Numbered from the stretch's first letter, positions 39,355 through 52,219 are shown. The stretch: DNA of 64,000 nt from Callorhinchus milii (GCF_018977255.1 NW_024704743.1:80540001-80604000), one strand, 5' to 3'. Made by a program: numbers and translations. Notes: generated by a model from the sequence alone, not told the origin.

Positions 39355-42114
39355 ACAACAGCGCAAAGGGCAAGGAGGTTAAAATATTCCTAAAATGCAT
39401 ACAGGACAACTTTCTTGATCAGTACATTTCCAGCCCAACAAGGAAGGTAGCAGTGCTAGATCTAGTTCTGGGGAATGAAGTAGGGCAAGTGGAGCAGGTT
39501 TCAGTGGGAGAGCATCTGGGCAATAGTGATCATAACATCATTAGATTCAGAGTGCATATGGAAAGAGACAAGGAGCCAGCTAAGGTGAACATACTCAACT
39601 GGAAAAGGACAAATTTCAGTGAGTTAAAAAGGGACCTAGCCAAGGTGGACTGGAAAGAAAGATTGGCAGGTAAAACAACTAAAGAGCAGTGGGAAATCTT
39701 CAAGGATGAGATAGCTCGGGGACAGAATAAATACATTCCCAAAAAGGGAAAAGTAGGGCTTCCAAACCTCCCTGGATGACGAAGGTAATTGTATCTAGAA
39801 TGAAGCAGAAAAAGGAGGCATATGACAAATGTCAAACCCAAGATACAGAAGACAACCAAATAGAATATAGGAAGTGCAGAAGAGGTTTGAAAAAGGAAAT
39901 AAGAGGGGCTAAATGATTATAGGAGAAAAGGTTAGCAGGTAACATTAAAGGGAATTCTAAAATATTTTACAAACATATCAATAATAATAATAATCCTTGC
40001 ATTTGATATAGTGCTTCTCACGTCGGGAGGACGTCCCAAAGCGCTTCACAGAACACACTGTAAAGTGAATTGACTGTATATTTGTGGGCGAATGTGGCAG
40101 CCAATTGCGCATAGCAATGTCCCACAAACAGTCGTAGATTGAAAATGACCAATTTTTATTATTGTTTTTGGTTTTGGAGGGATTATTATTAGGCGTGTGG
40201 AGTAAGGAAACTTGCCCAAGGTTCGCCCTGCCTAGAATTGAACTCAGGTCTCTCGCTTGCAAAGCGAGTGCTCTAACCACTGAGCTACAGGGCTCCACTT
40301 CAAGAAAAAAAGGCTAGTCAAAGGTAGGGTGGAGCCAATTAAGGACCATGGGGGAAACCTTATTGTGGAGGCAGAGTGCATGGCTGATGTACTGAATGAG
40401 TACTTTGCATCTGTCTTCACAAAAGAAGTGGATGCACCAAATGCCGCAATATCGGATGAGAAGGTAGAGGAAATGGATAGGATAAGTATAAATAGAGAGA
40501 AAGTACTGTAAAGGTTGACTGCGCTCAAGGTAGATGAGTCGCCCGGTCCAGACGGGATGCAACCAAGGTTACTATGGGAGGCAAGGGTACAAATTGCGGA
40601 GGCTTTGGCTACAATTTTTCAATCTTCGTTGGACACAGGAGTGGTGCCAGAGGACTCGAGAGTGGCCAATGTGACTCCCCTGTACAAAAAGGGACAGAAG
40701 GACAAACCTGGGAACTACAGGCCAGTCAGCCTAACATCAGTAGTGGGGAAACTCCTGGAGACTATAATCCGGGACAGAATAAATCTTCACTTAGAAGAAT
40801 ATGGGTTAATTAGGGACAGCCAACATGGATTTGTTAAAGGCAAATCTTGTCTGACAAATCTAATAGAATTTTTCGATGCGGTAATGGAGAGGGTGGATGA
40901 AGGTAGTGCAGTTGATGTAGTTTATATGGACTTTCAAAAGCATTTGACAAAGTGCCACATGAAAGACTTGCAAGAAAGATAGAAGCCCATGGTATTAAAG
41001 GGACAGTGGCAGCATGGATCCAGAACTGGCTGGGAGACAGAAAGCAGAGAGTGGTGGTGAACGGCTGCCTTTCTGACTGGAGGGAAGTATAGAGTGGCGT
41101 CCCCCAGTGATCGGTGTTAGGACCACTACTCTTCTTAATATACATAAATGATCTGGACTTGGGTATAGCAAGCACCATTTCCAAGTTTGCGGACGACACA
41201 AAGTTAGGTAGGGTGGTCAACAGTGAGAAGAATAGTAGCCAACTGCAGGAAGACATAGACAGAATGGAAAAATGGGCAGACATATAGCAGATGAATTTCA
41301 ATGTGGAGAAATGTGAGGTAATGCATTTTGGTAGAAAGAATGAGGGGAGGCAATATAGGCTGGTAATACAATCTTAAGGGGGGTAAAAGAACAGAGAGAC
41401 CTGGGGGTTCAGGTAAATGAATCCTTGAAGGTGGCAGGACAGGTAGATAAAGCTGTAAAAAGGGCATATGGGATACTAGGCTTTATAAATAGGGGCATAG
41501 AGTACAAGAGTCAGGAGATTATGATTAACCTATATAAAACACTGGTTAGGCCTCAGTTAGAATACTTCGCCCAGTTCTGGGCACCACACTATAGGAAGGA
41601 TGTTAAGGCATTGGAAAGGGTGCAGAGGAGATTTACGAGGATGGTACCAGGAATGAGGGACCTTGATTATGAGGAAAGGCTGGAGAGGCTGAGATTATTC
41701 TCATTGGAGCAGAGAAGGTTACGAGGAGACCTAATAGAGGTCTTCAAAATCATGAGGGGATTTGATAGGTTAGAAAGGGAAAAACTGTTTCCACTGGTGG
41801 GTGTGTCGGTGACTCGAGGTCACAGATTCAAAATAGTATCTAAAAGAAGCAAAGGGGAGGGGAGCAGACATTTTTTCACGCAACGAATTGTTCGTATCTG
41901 GAACGCATTGCCTGAAAGGATGGTCGAGGCCGATTCGATAACTACTTTTAAAAACGCGGTGGACGGGTATTTGAGGAGGATGGGTTTGCAGGGTTATGGG
42001 GAAAGGGCTGGGGAGTGGGATTGACATTACATTGCACTATTCAAAGAGCCGGCACAAAGTCGATGGGCCGAATGGTCTCTTTTTGTGCTGTACGATTCTA
42101 TGTTTCTATGATTC
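39355..42114 (+). mobile_element. CR1-clade LINE ORF2 (end of endonuclease, RT, 3' UTR), inactivated, with a SINE insertion
   Basis: PTRKVAVLDLVL...LGNSDHN, SPGPDG...PGNYRPVSLTS...QHGFVKGKSCLTNL...YMDFQK, FADDTK, YKTLVRPQLEY...WNALP; ATTCTATG-type tail at about 42095-42114. Stops and frameshifts split the ORF. Confidence 0.95.
39980..40298 (-). mobile_element. Young tRNA(Ala-TGC-like)-headed SINE with L2-type tail, inserted in CR1
   Basis: Head GCCCTGTAGCTCAGTGGTTAGAGCACTCGCTTTGCAAGCGAG...GAGTTCAATTC with A and B boxes; (ATT)n tail; near-identical to 13982-14310. Confidence 0.92.
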
Positions 42115-44919
42115 ATTTTGAACAAGAAAGATGTAAAGCACACTGTTCCAACTTACCACAACTTACTTATCATCCACACTTCTAAAACATCACGTTGGTT
42201 AATATTTCCCTTGCATACCATATCCTTTATTATGCCTTTGAGTCTTTTCTACTTTATTTTTAACCATACTATTTTCTTGCTTTTAGCTCCAGCAACTTTG
42301 CTGCTGTTCTATGAGTTGTGCAATCCACAAGATGCTTTCCAGCATTACTTCTGGAAACCTAAAGGTCAATGGATTCAAGTGTGTTCAGAACCGCATTGTT
42401 CATCTGTCACTAAAAACATCCGTTTCATTTACTCTAAGCTACAGAGATGCTGGCAAATGGTACTTCCTTACGAGCTGTTGGCAAAGCCTTCTTTTCTTCA
42501 TTCTACCGGTGACTTGATTCTTTGTTAGATAAACTCTTTTCTTCCTACATCAGCCTCTAATTTAGGTGATGACAAACAAGCCTGTCAATCATGTCATTTT
42601 GTTGAAATGTAACATTGTGCTTTTATATCAAGGAGAAACAAGTACATCATGTGATAGTCTTACACGCTTGAATAGAATAATAAATTATTGCAAGGCATAT
42701 GAAAGTCCTAGCTCCTCCCAATGGAGCTGACTTGTCTTATCGTAATTCCCCAGACTTTCATTGTACCCTTTCGTATTCCTCCTGTTAAATATTTATCCAT
42801 TTATCCCAATTGCTACAGTATTGGCTTCAATAGACGCTTGAGTAACTGCCTGGCTCAGTTGGTTTTGGATAGTTGTAGGTTCAGGTCCCACATTGGGGTT
42901 TTGAACTCAACTGTCTGGACCAGGGATGTCAACTCATCTGACCACAAGGGGCATTTAAGTTAACACTGTTCACTTGGTGGGTCACCCCGTAAAACAAGTT
43001 ATACATAATACTGTACCTGAAATTGTCTAGAGTGATTGTGTGCATATATACTCAAATATATCAATTTGCATGAAACATTACCCCCACTGCACAATTCCTA
43101 ATCATCAATAAAGATTTGCAGGCTAATGCTCAGACTCAATAAATAATGTTAAGTCTATTTTTGTGCCATATGTCTAGGTACTTGACATTCTTCTCTCACA
43201 CCATTGTGTCATAGTGCCATTGTTTGTTATAAGCTTTTATCACTGCAGCAGTTGCATTGGAAATCAGGTGTGTTGCCTTGTCTGTGTTCCTCCTGCACCT
43301 TTCAATTGCATGACAGCTCAAACTAAATTCTGGTGACTTATTTTAAATTTAATACAATTCTAATCCAAATAATTGTGTAAGAAGGAGCTCCAGAAATAGT
43401 TTTATAGAAATACACACATGTACACTCATACACTCGTGTGCACACATGCACTCACATAGCTCTAAACATAAGGTCTGCTTCTGCAGTGAGGGGTGGGAGC
43501 ACAATATTCTAAATAGAAGGTTTTCAATAGCGTGACCTGCCACTAAGCAGGTATGAGTAACGCTGAACTTAGTTCCAAAGGTAGCGAGCACCAGAGCAGT
43601 TCCCACAGGCCGACGGACACACGTCCAGGCCAACCTCAGGAGTTGCTCATTGCAATCACCTGTTAAGAAGAGCTCCATTCAGATCAGTTCCCAGTGTACA
43701 CAGCAGAGAGAATTTAGCCTTATGCGTTTGGTACAATTCTGATTTCAAAACCTTTCTGGTTACAATGCACCAGGTTTTCAATGGTAATTTGTCATCATTT
43801 CAAATGAATGGGCAGTGCCACCAAATATCACCTCGCAGGCCTCCAGCCCACGGGTTATACGTTTGGCACCCGTTGTCTCGGCTGACGTTCCAATGCAATG
43901 CTGGTGGTGTGCTGTACTGTTAAAAGATCGTGTCCTTCAGTGAGTCTTCAAATTGGCTGCCATAAGATCATTAGTGTCCACCTGAACAAGCAGAATGCAA
44001 CACTCCTCCAGCACTGCATTGGAGACTATGAATTCAAAGAACCAACATGGGGCTTAATCCATAACCTCCTGACTCAGAAGAGAATTTCCAACTAAGCCAG
44101 ATTGATATCACCAACTCAGCCGGGCTGACACACCAACTGAGTTAAATTGACATAGGCTTGAACCATATTACTTGTTGCACCTCAGCGATAGCTCCAGATG
44201 TAACACTTGGCTTAATTCCAGATCAATACTTCTGCTGCACTGTTAGTATTAACAACCTTTAAAGAAAATAACGCTCCAAGTGAGCAGAAGAGACACAATT
44301 TCTGACCTTGTCTACTGCATGATTTAGATGTTCTAATTTATATATCCTGTTTGAAGTCTACAGAGGAAGGAAATAACAGTACGAACAACACACCTAGGTG
44401 CATCGACAACATTATCTCAGCAATCTTTGAAGCTAGAACAATGATTATGTGGACTTTGTAACGCAACTTAGTATTCATATTGTCTGGGGCGAGAAGGATA
44501 AAGTGCGATTGCTAAGGCAGTAAGAGAGAGGTCGGACAGCGCCCAGAATGAGAAGATGCTGACTGTTTGCTTTTCAAATACCAGATGTTGAGAGCAAAAA
44601 AAAGATGATGACAGCAAAAGAAGAGAGCATTGGAACAAAGACTGATACCTCTGGTCGGAGAGCTGCTCTGTATTGGCATTCTAGCAGCAACAACTTGCAT
44701 TTATTTAACACCCTTAACGTAGGACCACAAAATAAATTTTCTTGATTGAAGAAATATTCATAATTTGAGCCATAAATCAAGCAATATTCAAACAACTGAA
44801 AAACAGCACAATGATGTACTGTATTAGACAATGGCAGATCTGTGCAACCAGTTTGGAGAATGAAATGTCAACTTCCCAAGAAGTTAATTTTAGTTTTATG
44901 GACATCCTGGGACGTAATC

Positions 44920-45185
44920 GGTGAGTCAGTGATGAGAGGACATCAATTTAAGATGGTTAGTAAATAAGCAAACTGGAAGTTTAGGGGGATTTTTTCATGC
45001 AGAGTCGTTAGGATAAAGAATGCCGTGCTGGGAGCAGTGATTGAGGCAGAATGCTTATTAGCTTTCAAAAGGAAAGTTAAGTATCTGCAAAGGAGTAAAC
45101 TACAGGGATATGGGGAAAAGGCAGGTTAATGGGACTGAAAGGATGTGCCGATGAGCCTTCTTCTATGATGGAAGTTTCTAGGGTT
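44920..45185 (+). mobile_element. Decayed CR1 3' fragment
   Basis: GAGAGGACATCAATTTAAG, TTTTTCATGCAGAG and CAGGGATATGGGGAAAAGGCAGG, paralleling 41810-42110. Confidence 0.65.
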
Positions 45186-45219
45186 CTCTTCTGTTGCGCG
45201 CATGAAAAACCTCATTTAG

Positions 45220-47613
45220 CATTTGGCTAGTTTTGCCTTTATTGCTGCAAGTTCATCTACAGCTGTACATATTCACATATTTACATTTCTGAAATAGTGT
45301 TTCATATTCTTCAGCAGGACATTGCTGCCAGTATATTTTCAACTTTGCCAGCAGTCTCTTTCGTTAAATTTTGTATCACAGATACTGTATGCTTAACCAT
45401 GAGAACATCAGTACAACAGAAATAGCTCGTTGTTTTATGGACCTCAAAACTCATGATTTTCCTCAGACTATAGTATTGCTTGTAATAATTCACATTTCTA
45501 TTTTTTCTTTACACACCAGCACAATTTTCTGACGGAATACAACAGGAAAAGACAAACATTGCTTACATGTACACTGTACATGAGGTATAAACATAACATT
45601 CACAATAGTTAACAAAAATGCAACATCTAACTTGGATCTAATCTTCCCATTGTTATTTCTTGCTTTGGTTTCACTCTGCAGTTGGTGGGCATGATTTCTC
45701 CATGTGATTATTAACTGATGTCTATATTTTATGTCAGTCTTTATTACATTAATGCAACAAATGCAATAAAGGAAATGTAGCAAAAATAAGATTAATGGTC
45801 GCCTTTCAACTGAGGATCAAGTGCGTCTGTAACATATATAAATCAAGTAACGTGTGACATTTGACAAGAAGAAGAAATAAATGTGATACAACTCCAATTT
45901 ACTGAAGGTGTAGAGTGGCCATCAGGTAACAAGTGCATGAACTGTATCAGTGCTTTTCAATAATTTAAAATCCATGCTGTCCCCCCCAAGGGGTTATACT
46001 CGTTCTGTGATTGTATGGCTAGCTGCATTTTTTAGCACATTTGAAATTAATGTTCCCTTGAAGTCTTGCGGGGAAAATGGGGACACAGCAAAGTTATCGC
46101 AACAACCTACAAAGCATAAATCATATCAGCATCCATGGTATTGACATCACCCTGAGTGCTAAACCTGAATTGCTTGGTAAGATCAGCAGTGGTAGTAAAC
46201 GATGCAATGCTGTTGCTTTCTATTTGGCCACTTTTAGAAACGTTGCCTTTGTATATTTTTTAAAAAATAAAAAGTTGATTTTTTTTAGAATTGATTGTTA
46301 AAACTTCTCCCATTTTAGATTTTTAAAAAAAAAACAATTTTATGTTCTGTTGGTTTCTTTGATTATTCTCTCAGTGTCTTGGCACCTCAAAAATTGCAAA
46401 CAAGATTTTCCTGGTGTAACAAATTCAGGTCCTGACCATATTGGTGGCCAGTTTACACGTGTGTGAACACATACATTACACAGGCCTGCCCTTTTTCTAC
46501 GAAGGCTAACAGATGGTTGGAACTGTGTTAAACTGCTCAAGCAGTTTATGAATAATATCCGAACCCTGAGTGTGATTTATACCTGGGAACACTTCCTTAA
46601 GCCTACTTTACTCTTCAAAATATAGTCTTCTTTTCTACTATTATTGAGCTTTGCCATCATTTAAAAGCTGTCAGCTTATCGGTTTTGTTGTTCCTCAGCA
46701 TCATGTGACAGGAAGGGAGGGGAGGGGTGGGAAGTTGACAAAATTATAGCCACACAAATTGTTTGGGAGTGAACATTTCACTGAGAACATCTTCCGTATC
46801 TTATTTGATCAGGGTTTCACTATGTATTTTGACATGATTTGTTTTCCCAATCGAAAGCATTGGCAAATCGTGCCATTCACGGTGGATGGGCAGTTTACTG
46901 TGAGCTGTGGACCCAGATAACTACACTCCTTGAACTCAGTGTTTGTTTGACCAGTTTAAAGCAACACCAAAGGGGCAACATCAGGTAGAATTGGCGCGTT
47001 CTACCACTGCCAATGGGAAGTTGTGGGGGAGTTTATTGACATGACAGTTTCTCTTGGCCAGTTTCAGGATTTTATCAGATCCCCACTAGTAACAGTCTAC
47101 AGATCTGTTACCAAATACACTGTATAATAGGGGAAATATTTGAGGTAAAGTGCAGTATAAAATCTTACTGCAACCATGGTATTAATAGCAATTAAGATTT
47201 GAAACCGCTTGTTACCCACTTCCACATTATTTATTTTTTAACAAATTGAAGTAATTTGTTTTGTACATTTTTAGTAAATTTAAATCAATATACTATTCGA
47301 GGAGGTGGGAGGATTATTTCAGGAGTGATAAGATTTATGCTCAAGTTCAGTCTTTAACCACACCAAACATCACTGAGCAGTCTAAACTTGTCTGGAGTGG
47401 GAAATAATGGAACAAAGTACTGGATTCAGGTTCCTCAATAACCTTGAACATTTAATGTTCAAACGCTGACTTCATCAAATAATCCCTGGCCTGTTGTTTC
47501 AGACAGGTGGGTCTGTAGGTTTATGCACATGCATCGCCCAACCTCTGCTCAGGAAGAAACGTTGGGGTGATCGGGTACTGTCCAATCTATCCAATCTTCA
47601 ATTTTTGCAAATC
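45220..47613 (-). other. TRIB1: Probable TRIB1 3' UTR ending near a poly(A) signal
   Basis: AT-rich, ~2.4 kb with no recognisable SINE/LINE, directly after the stop. Minus-strand AATAAA at 45243-45238 lies just before LINE remnants resume; an alternative AATAAA lies at about 45745-45740. Confidence 0.55.
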
Positions 47614-48082
47614 TCAACAGAAAAAAGAGGAAGCGTCCTGCTGGTCGCAGTCGAACTCAGGGACTGTCTGATCGGAGCTCAAGTCCTCCTGATCCACTGA
47701 TACCTGCTCCGAGGCAGCTCGGAACCAGGGATGCAACAGGATCTCCCCGGCTGTCAATCTCTCCGCAGGGTCACGCCTCAGTAGGCTGCGTATGAGACAC
47801 TTGGCTTTGGGAGAGATGCTGTCGGGAATGCAGAACTGTCCTCGGCGGATTTTACTAAACAGTGCGCTGGGGTCGGAATCGTGAAATGGGTAACGTCCCA
47901 CGAGCAGAGTGTAAAGCATGACTCCCAGGCTCCAGACATCGGCTGCTTTCCCGGAATAACATCCACTCGTGTTCAGGATCTCTGGGCTCACGTAAGCCGG
48001 ACATCCATGCTTATCAGACAGGGAATCATCCTTTCCCTTCAGGATATGAGCATCCACCAAGCTCTCCAGCCTCAGCCTCCTC
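47614..48082 (-). CDS. TRIB1: Tribbles pseudokinase 1, coding exon 3 (C-lobe, MEK-binding ILLHPWF motif, COP1-binding DQTVPEF motif, stop)
   Basis: Acceptor tcccacag|G. Translation [37 protein letters not shown]...[22 protein letters not shown]...ILLHPWF...DQTVPEF...[19 protein letters not shown] and terminal SSFFC match TRIB1. TGA at 47616-47614. Exon lengths 294+293+469=1056 nt = 351 aa plus stop. Confidence 0.96.
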
Positions 48083-50489
48083 CTGTGGGAATCGCAAAGA
48101 AAAATAACATCAGCGTGAAACCAAATTGTTATTGGAAGAAGAGCTGCCCAAGAATCTTAATCTATTCCCTTTGCTGTATATTTTGCAGTCTTACCGCCAC
48201 ACACACATATGAACGTATGAGTGTATAGGATAAGCAATGTAAAAAGATACAAATTATTTAAAATATTGCAGGATACTGGAGTAAAAAACATATATGTTTT
48301 ACTCAGCACATATCATAAGACCAGTTTTCCCAAGTCTTACTTCTGTTCAGTTTCTAAAAAAATAGTTTTGTTCCAAGAAGCACAAGTCTTGAAATGCAAT
48401 TCTAAAGGTTTGCAACTCCTTTCAATGTCTGAACATTAATTATACTGCAATGCCATTTCAGTTTGTTTGAAACAGGCGCTTGTAGTATTATAAACTGTTG
48501 ACTAAACTGACATTAAGGGAAACCTCTTTTCATTCATGTGAAATATTTAAGAGATTGAATTTGTGCAAATAGAAGCATACTGAGACTGGCTTGATCCTAT
48601 ATTTAGTATTTTGAAGCTATTTATATGTTGTATTTTTGAATAGTATACATCAATGATGCTACCAGGGACGTGTCCTGTGTCTGAACTCCTACAGTTTTGC
48701 AAAGGGCAGAGCCCTTAGCTCTGTTTTGTAAATGGAAAAGATGACTCATGCAGCCTGCTGTGTGTATTATGGTCTCTTACGACACTGAATCACTCAGCAC
48801 CTGCTTTACCAGTGTGAGAGTACCTTACCCAGCATTAATTGCAACACCATCCCATGTTGCCAAATCTGTAGCACATGATGAAGGTCTATGCAAAACTAGC
48901 AAAGGCAGCAAAAATCAAATTTCACTTCCAACTGAAATTTTTCTAGTTAGCATGTCATCCAACAATATTGCAACATTTCCTTCTGTTGCCTAAAACGTTT
49001 TTGTGTTTTCATTTTTATTTTGAATGTTTATTGGACTTGTGAAATAAATGCAGCTGTGACTTTTTTTTGTTGCCTCACACTTAATACATTTAAGACATTT
49101 CACGCCTAATCCAACTCACTTTATACAAGAATTATACCACAAAGGCAAGTTTGTGTGCACACGAAACCCAAGCCCCAAACTGCAGAACTATTTTTACTCC
49201 AGAGATAACAAACAACAATATTAACAATTGGTTAAGCAAAGGTCTGGAGTGTAATAAATGTATATTTACAGTTCACAACTTACTAAATTAAATCTGGTGC
49301 AGAAATTGTTCAGTGACAGCTATGGATCTAACAAGCAAAACTTCAATGAAAACACAAGTGCTAGAAATACAACATTTAATGGGGAACAAATTTTGTAAGC
49401 ATTTCCGCTGCTATAGAGCTGCGTAAGCATTTTTAACAAACGCACAATGCATAGCTAATCAAATCAGTTTATTACAGTTATTAAGATTTAACGCACTTTT
49501 ATTTTTTCAAAAAGATGATGCCACTGCAAAACTGAATGCAATATTTCAGTAAATCTGTAAAATATCCAGATTGTAAATTCTGGTAACTCTTAAGGAATAT
49601 GCTTTGCTCATTTACAATGCAAGCTTGTTGTGAAGAATTAACAGGCATCGTACTATGTATTTCCATTGGCAAAGGAGTGTCTTCCCATTCATTCACCGTG
49701 AATAATTGGATTCCACACATAGGAACATCATGTAATGGATGAATTTACTGTGCCTTCAACTCATTACAAAATAACAAAACTTCATTGTGAGGATCCTGAA
49801 AGCTCTTATAATTATATAGATATAATAGTTTACAATAGTTTGAAATTAGGCCTATATATTATTAATAATAATCCATTGGACACTTAAGATGTGTCATTCT
49901 GCATTGATTTAATGGCAATAAGGTGATGGCAATGCATCCTAAAAAATATAGTCACTACACTTTACAGTAAATCCTGTTAAGCACCTTGAGGTATATCAAA
50001 TGCAAAGATTATCATTATTGTTTAATGTTGCCGAATGTGTTACAAATAAATAATCCCTTTCAATTGTGTAAATGTAACTGCTTATTACTATATTAAATTA
50101 CAACTTTTATACTTAAAATGTATTATTATGGTTGTCATTAATTTCGTCGGGCGATTGTAGTTATTCAAAAGCATCAATTAATTTATAATGAGTAAAATTA
50201 TTGCACTTAAATTATCACATCAGTCATAAGCCTGACTATATTTAAAAATGCTGCAAATAGGAAGGCTGATAACAGGCTCTTGCACTCAAATGCACTTCAT
50301 TGGACAGTTCATATTTGGCTAATGTCATTTCATGCAAAGAATATTTTTATTTAATTTATCAAAGCAAGTCAATAGTAAGATTCTTTGGCTATGAAATAGA
50401 AACAATTTCAAATATTTAAATGTGAGATTTGGGGGCTTTTGTTTTAAGAATTTTTATTTCTTTCATACTTTAGCTACACTGCAGTACCT

Positions 50490-50632
50490 TTAATAATAAT
50501 ATAACAATAATCCTTGCATTTGATATAGCGCCTTATCACGTTTTCAAGACGTCTCAAAGCATTTTGCAGAATATACTGTTAATTGAATTGACTGTATATT
50601 TTGTGGGTGAAATGCAGCAGCCAATTGCACCT
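50490..50632 (-). mobile_element. SINE 3' tail fragment in TRIB1 intron 2
   Basis: TAATCCTTGCATTTGATATAGCGCCTTATCACG...GCAGCCAATTGCAC. Similar tails at about 1395-1550, 9430-9540, 9855-10025 and 21800-21945. Confidence 0.8.
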
Positions 50633-50855
50633 AATGAGATGGTAAGTCATACTGTGGTCAAATAAGACCACTTATCTGTTTGATTATCCTAAAAAAGGAA
50701 TTCCCAACCTCAGAAATGCAATCTTTTTCATTTATTTTGATATGTTATCAAAATATTTTGATTTTCCCAAATCGTTTGTTTTGGAAGGTGGAGACAGGAT
50801 ATTGGATTTAGAATTATTTGTTGAATGAAACTCAAGAGCCTTTGTATAAACGTAC

Positions 50856-51148
50856 CTCTGCTCATCCGAGAAGACAAATTTTCTGAGTTTGAGGTCTCTG
50901 AGGACAATGCCTGAATCGTGACAATGTGCCACGGCTGAAACGATCTGTTCAAAGAGCTGTGCTGCCTCCTCCTCTCCCAGCCGTTTGCAGCTTCTCATGT
51001 ACAAGTGCATGTCCCCATGGCCCTTCTCCAAGAAAACATAACACTTTTTCTCTCCCAAGATTATCTCTTCGATCCCAGTGATGTTTTTGTGGGCTGGAAG
51101 CTGCAGGTATGGTCCGATTTCATCTCGATAGCTCTTGATGTCAAAAAC
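50856..51148 (-). CDS. TRIB1: Tribbles pseudokinase 1, coding exon 2 (293 bp)
   Basis: Acceptor ttgtctgtacag|GTT, donor CAGAG|gtacg. Translation [33 protein letters not shown]...[31 protein letters not shown] contains the Tribbles DLKLRKF loop. Phase is consistent with exons 1 and 3. Confidence 0.96.
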
Positions 51149-52219
51149 CTGTACAGACAAAATGAGCTTGTGTCAAGCATACATATAAGCATACATACAT
51201 ACAAGCATGCATGCATGCATGCATACATTCATATATACATACATACACACACACACATGGGCGATTTTTTTTAACTAAACTTCTCCAGCTGAGGTGGACA
51301 TCAATCAAAAGCTATGCATGCAAGCAACTGCCTCTGGTACGGGCACGCACTTTAGTTAATCACTTTAGTCATCCAGTTCCAGTCATCCAGCTGGAAATCC
51401 AAAAAGGAGTTCACAAATGCTTTAACTTCTGAGCATAAAAATAAAAAGCTGCCAATTACATGGTGCATCACCAAGGGCTTGTGAACATTTCACAATATGC
51501 TGTAACCGTGTAATAATTATAGCATTTGAACCATTGTCATGTCACATTGTCCAAACGTCTGAAAGCCCTGCCTGTTTTATTTTACTGTTACTGATTTACT
51601 GTTTAAGTGTAGTGACTGTGCATTTTATAGGCGAACGTGGCAGCCAAATGTGAGCCCCCAAAAAGATCAAGAGCAATAAAAATAAAATGGAAGTACTGTA
51701 CTTCGTTCAAAGAGCATCTATTAAAGATTAAAGCAAAAGCACTTATTGTTATTTCTGTTGACCTCGTCTAATTAAATAGAGGAACACATAAGCACATGAC
51801 AGTTTGTTAATGGATCTGAGGACTACAGTGACAACCATTCTCAGTCCCAGAGTGTAAAAGTGAAGTCTGGTTCATGGACTGAGCTGCCAGCACATAGTGA
51901 ACTCTAGGTGGCAGCTCCACACGTGCAATCCACGTTTAAACCCATCCAAAAACTCTCAAGAGCTGCATCCATCCACTAGTCTGGAAATCACGTCGCAGAA
52001 GTTGCAGCGAGAGAGGGCGAGAAGCATAAAGGAGCCTTTGCCCTCTTAATGTAATCCCCGGTGCATTAAACATACCACCAAATCTAACCGGACCAGACGC
52101 GCTGCACTGTGCGCCTTACGCAAACATCTGCTAAGTCGCATTGCCTTGACACTGTGCTCGCCCTGTACCGCGAGCCGCGTTACACGCTCCCTCCCGTGCC
52201 ATGACCTGCTCACTTGCGG

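Noticed and set aside
40225..40297. Apparent tRNA-Ala(TGC) gene (also about 14237-14310)
   Set aside because: Imperfect T-stem, and it continues into a SINE body and (ATT)n tail, so it is a SINE head.
39355..42114. Active reverse transcriptase gene
   Set aside because: 5'-truncated, multiple stops and frameshifts, and a SINE insertion.
50732..50855. ORF-track extension of exon 2 (YVYTKALEF...) and its upstream start MSVQ
   Set aside because: Lies beyond canonical splice sites and has no Tribbles similarity, so it is intronic.
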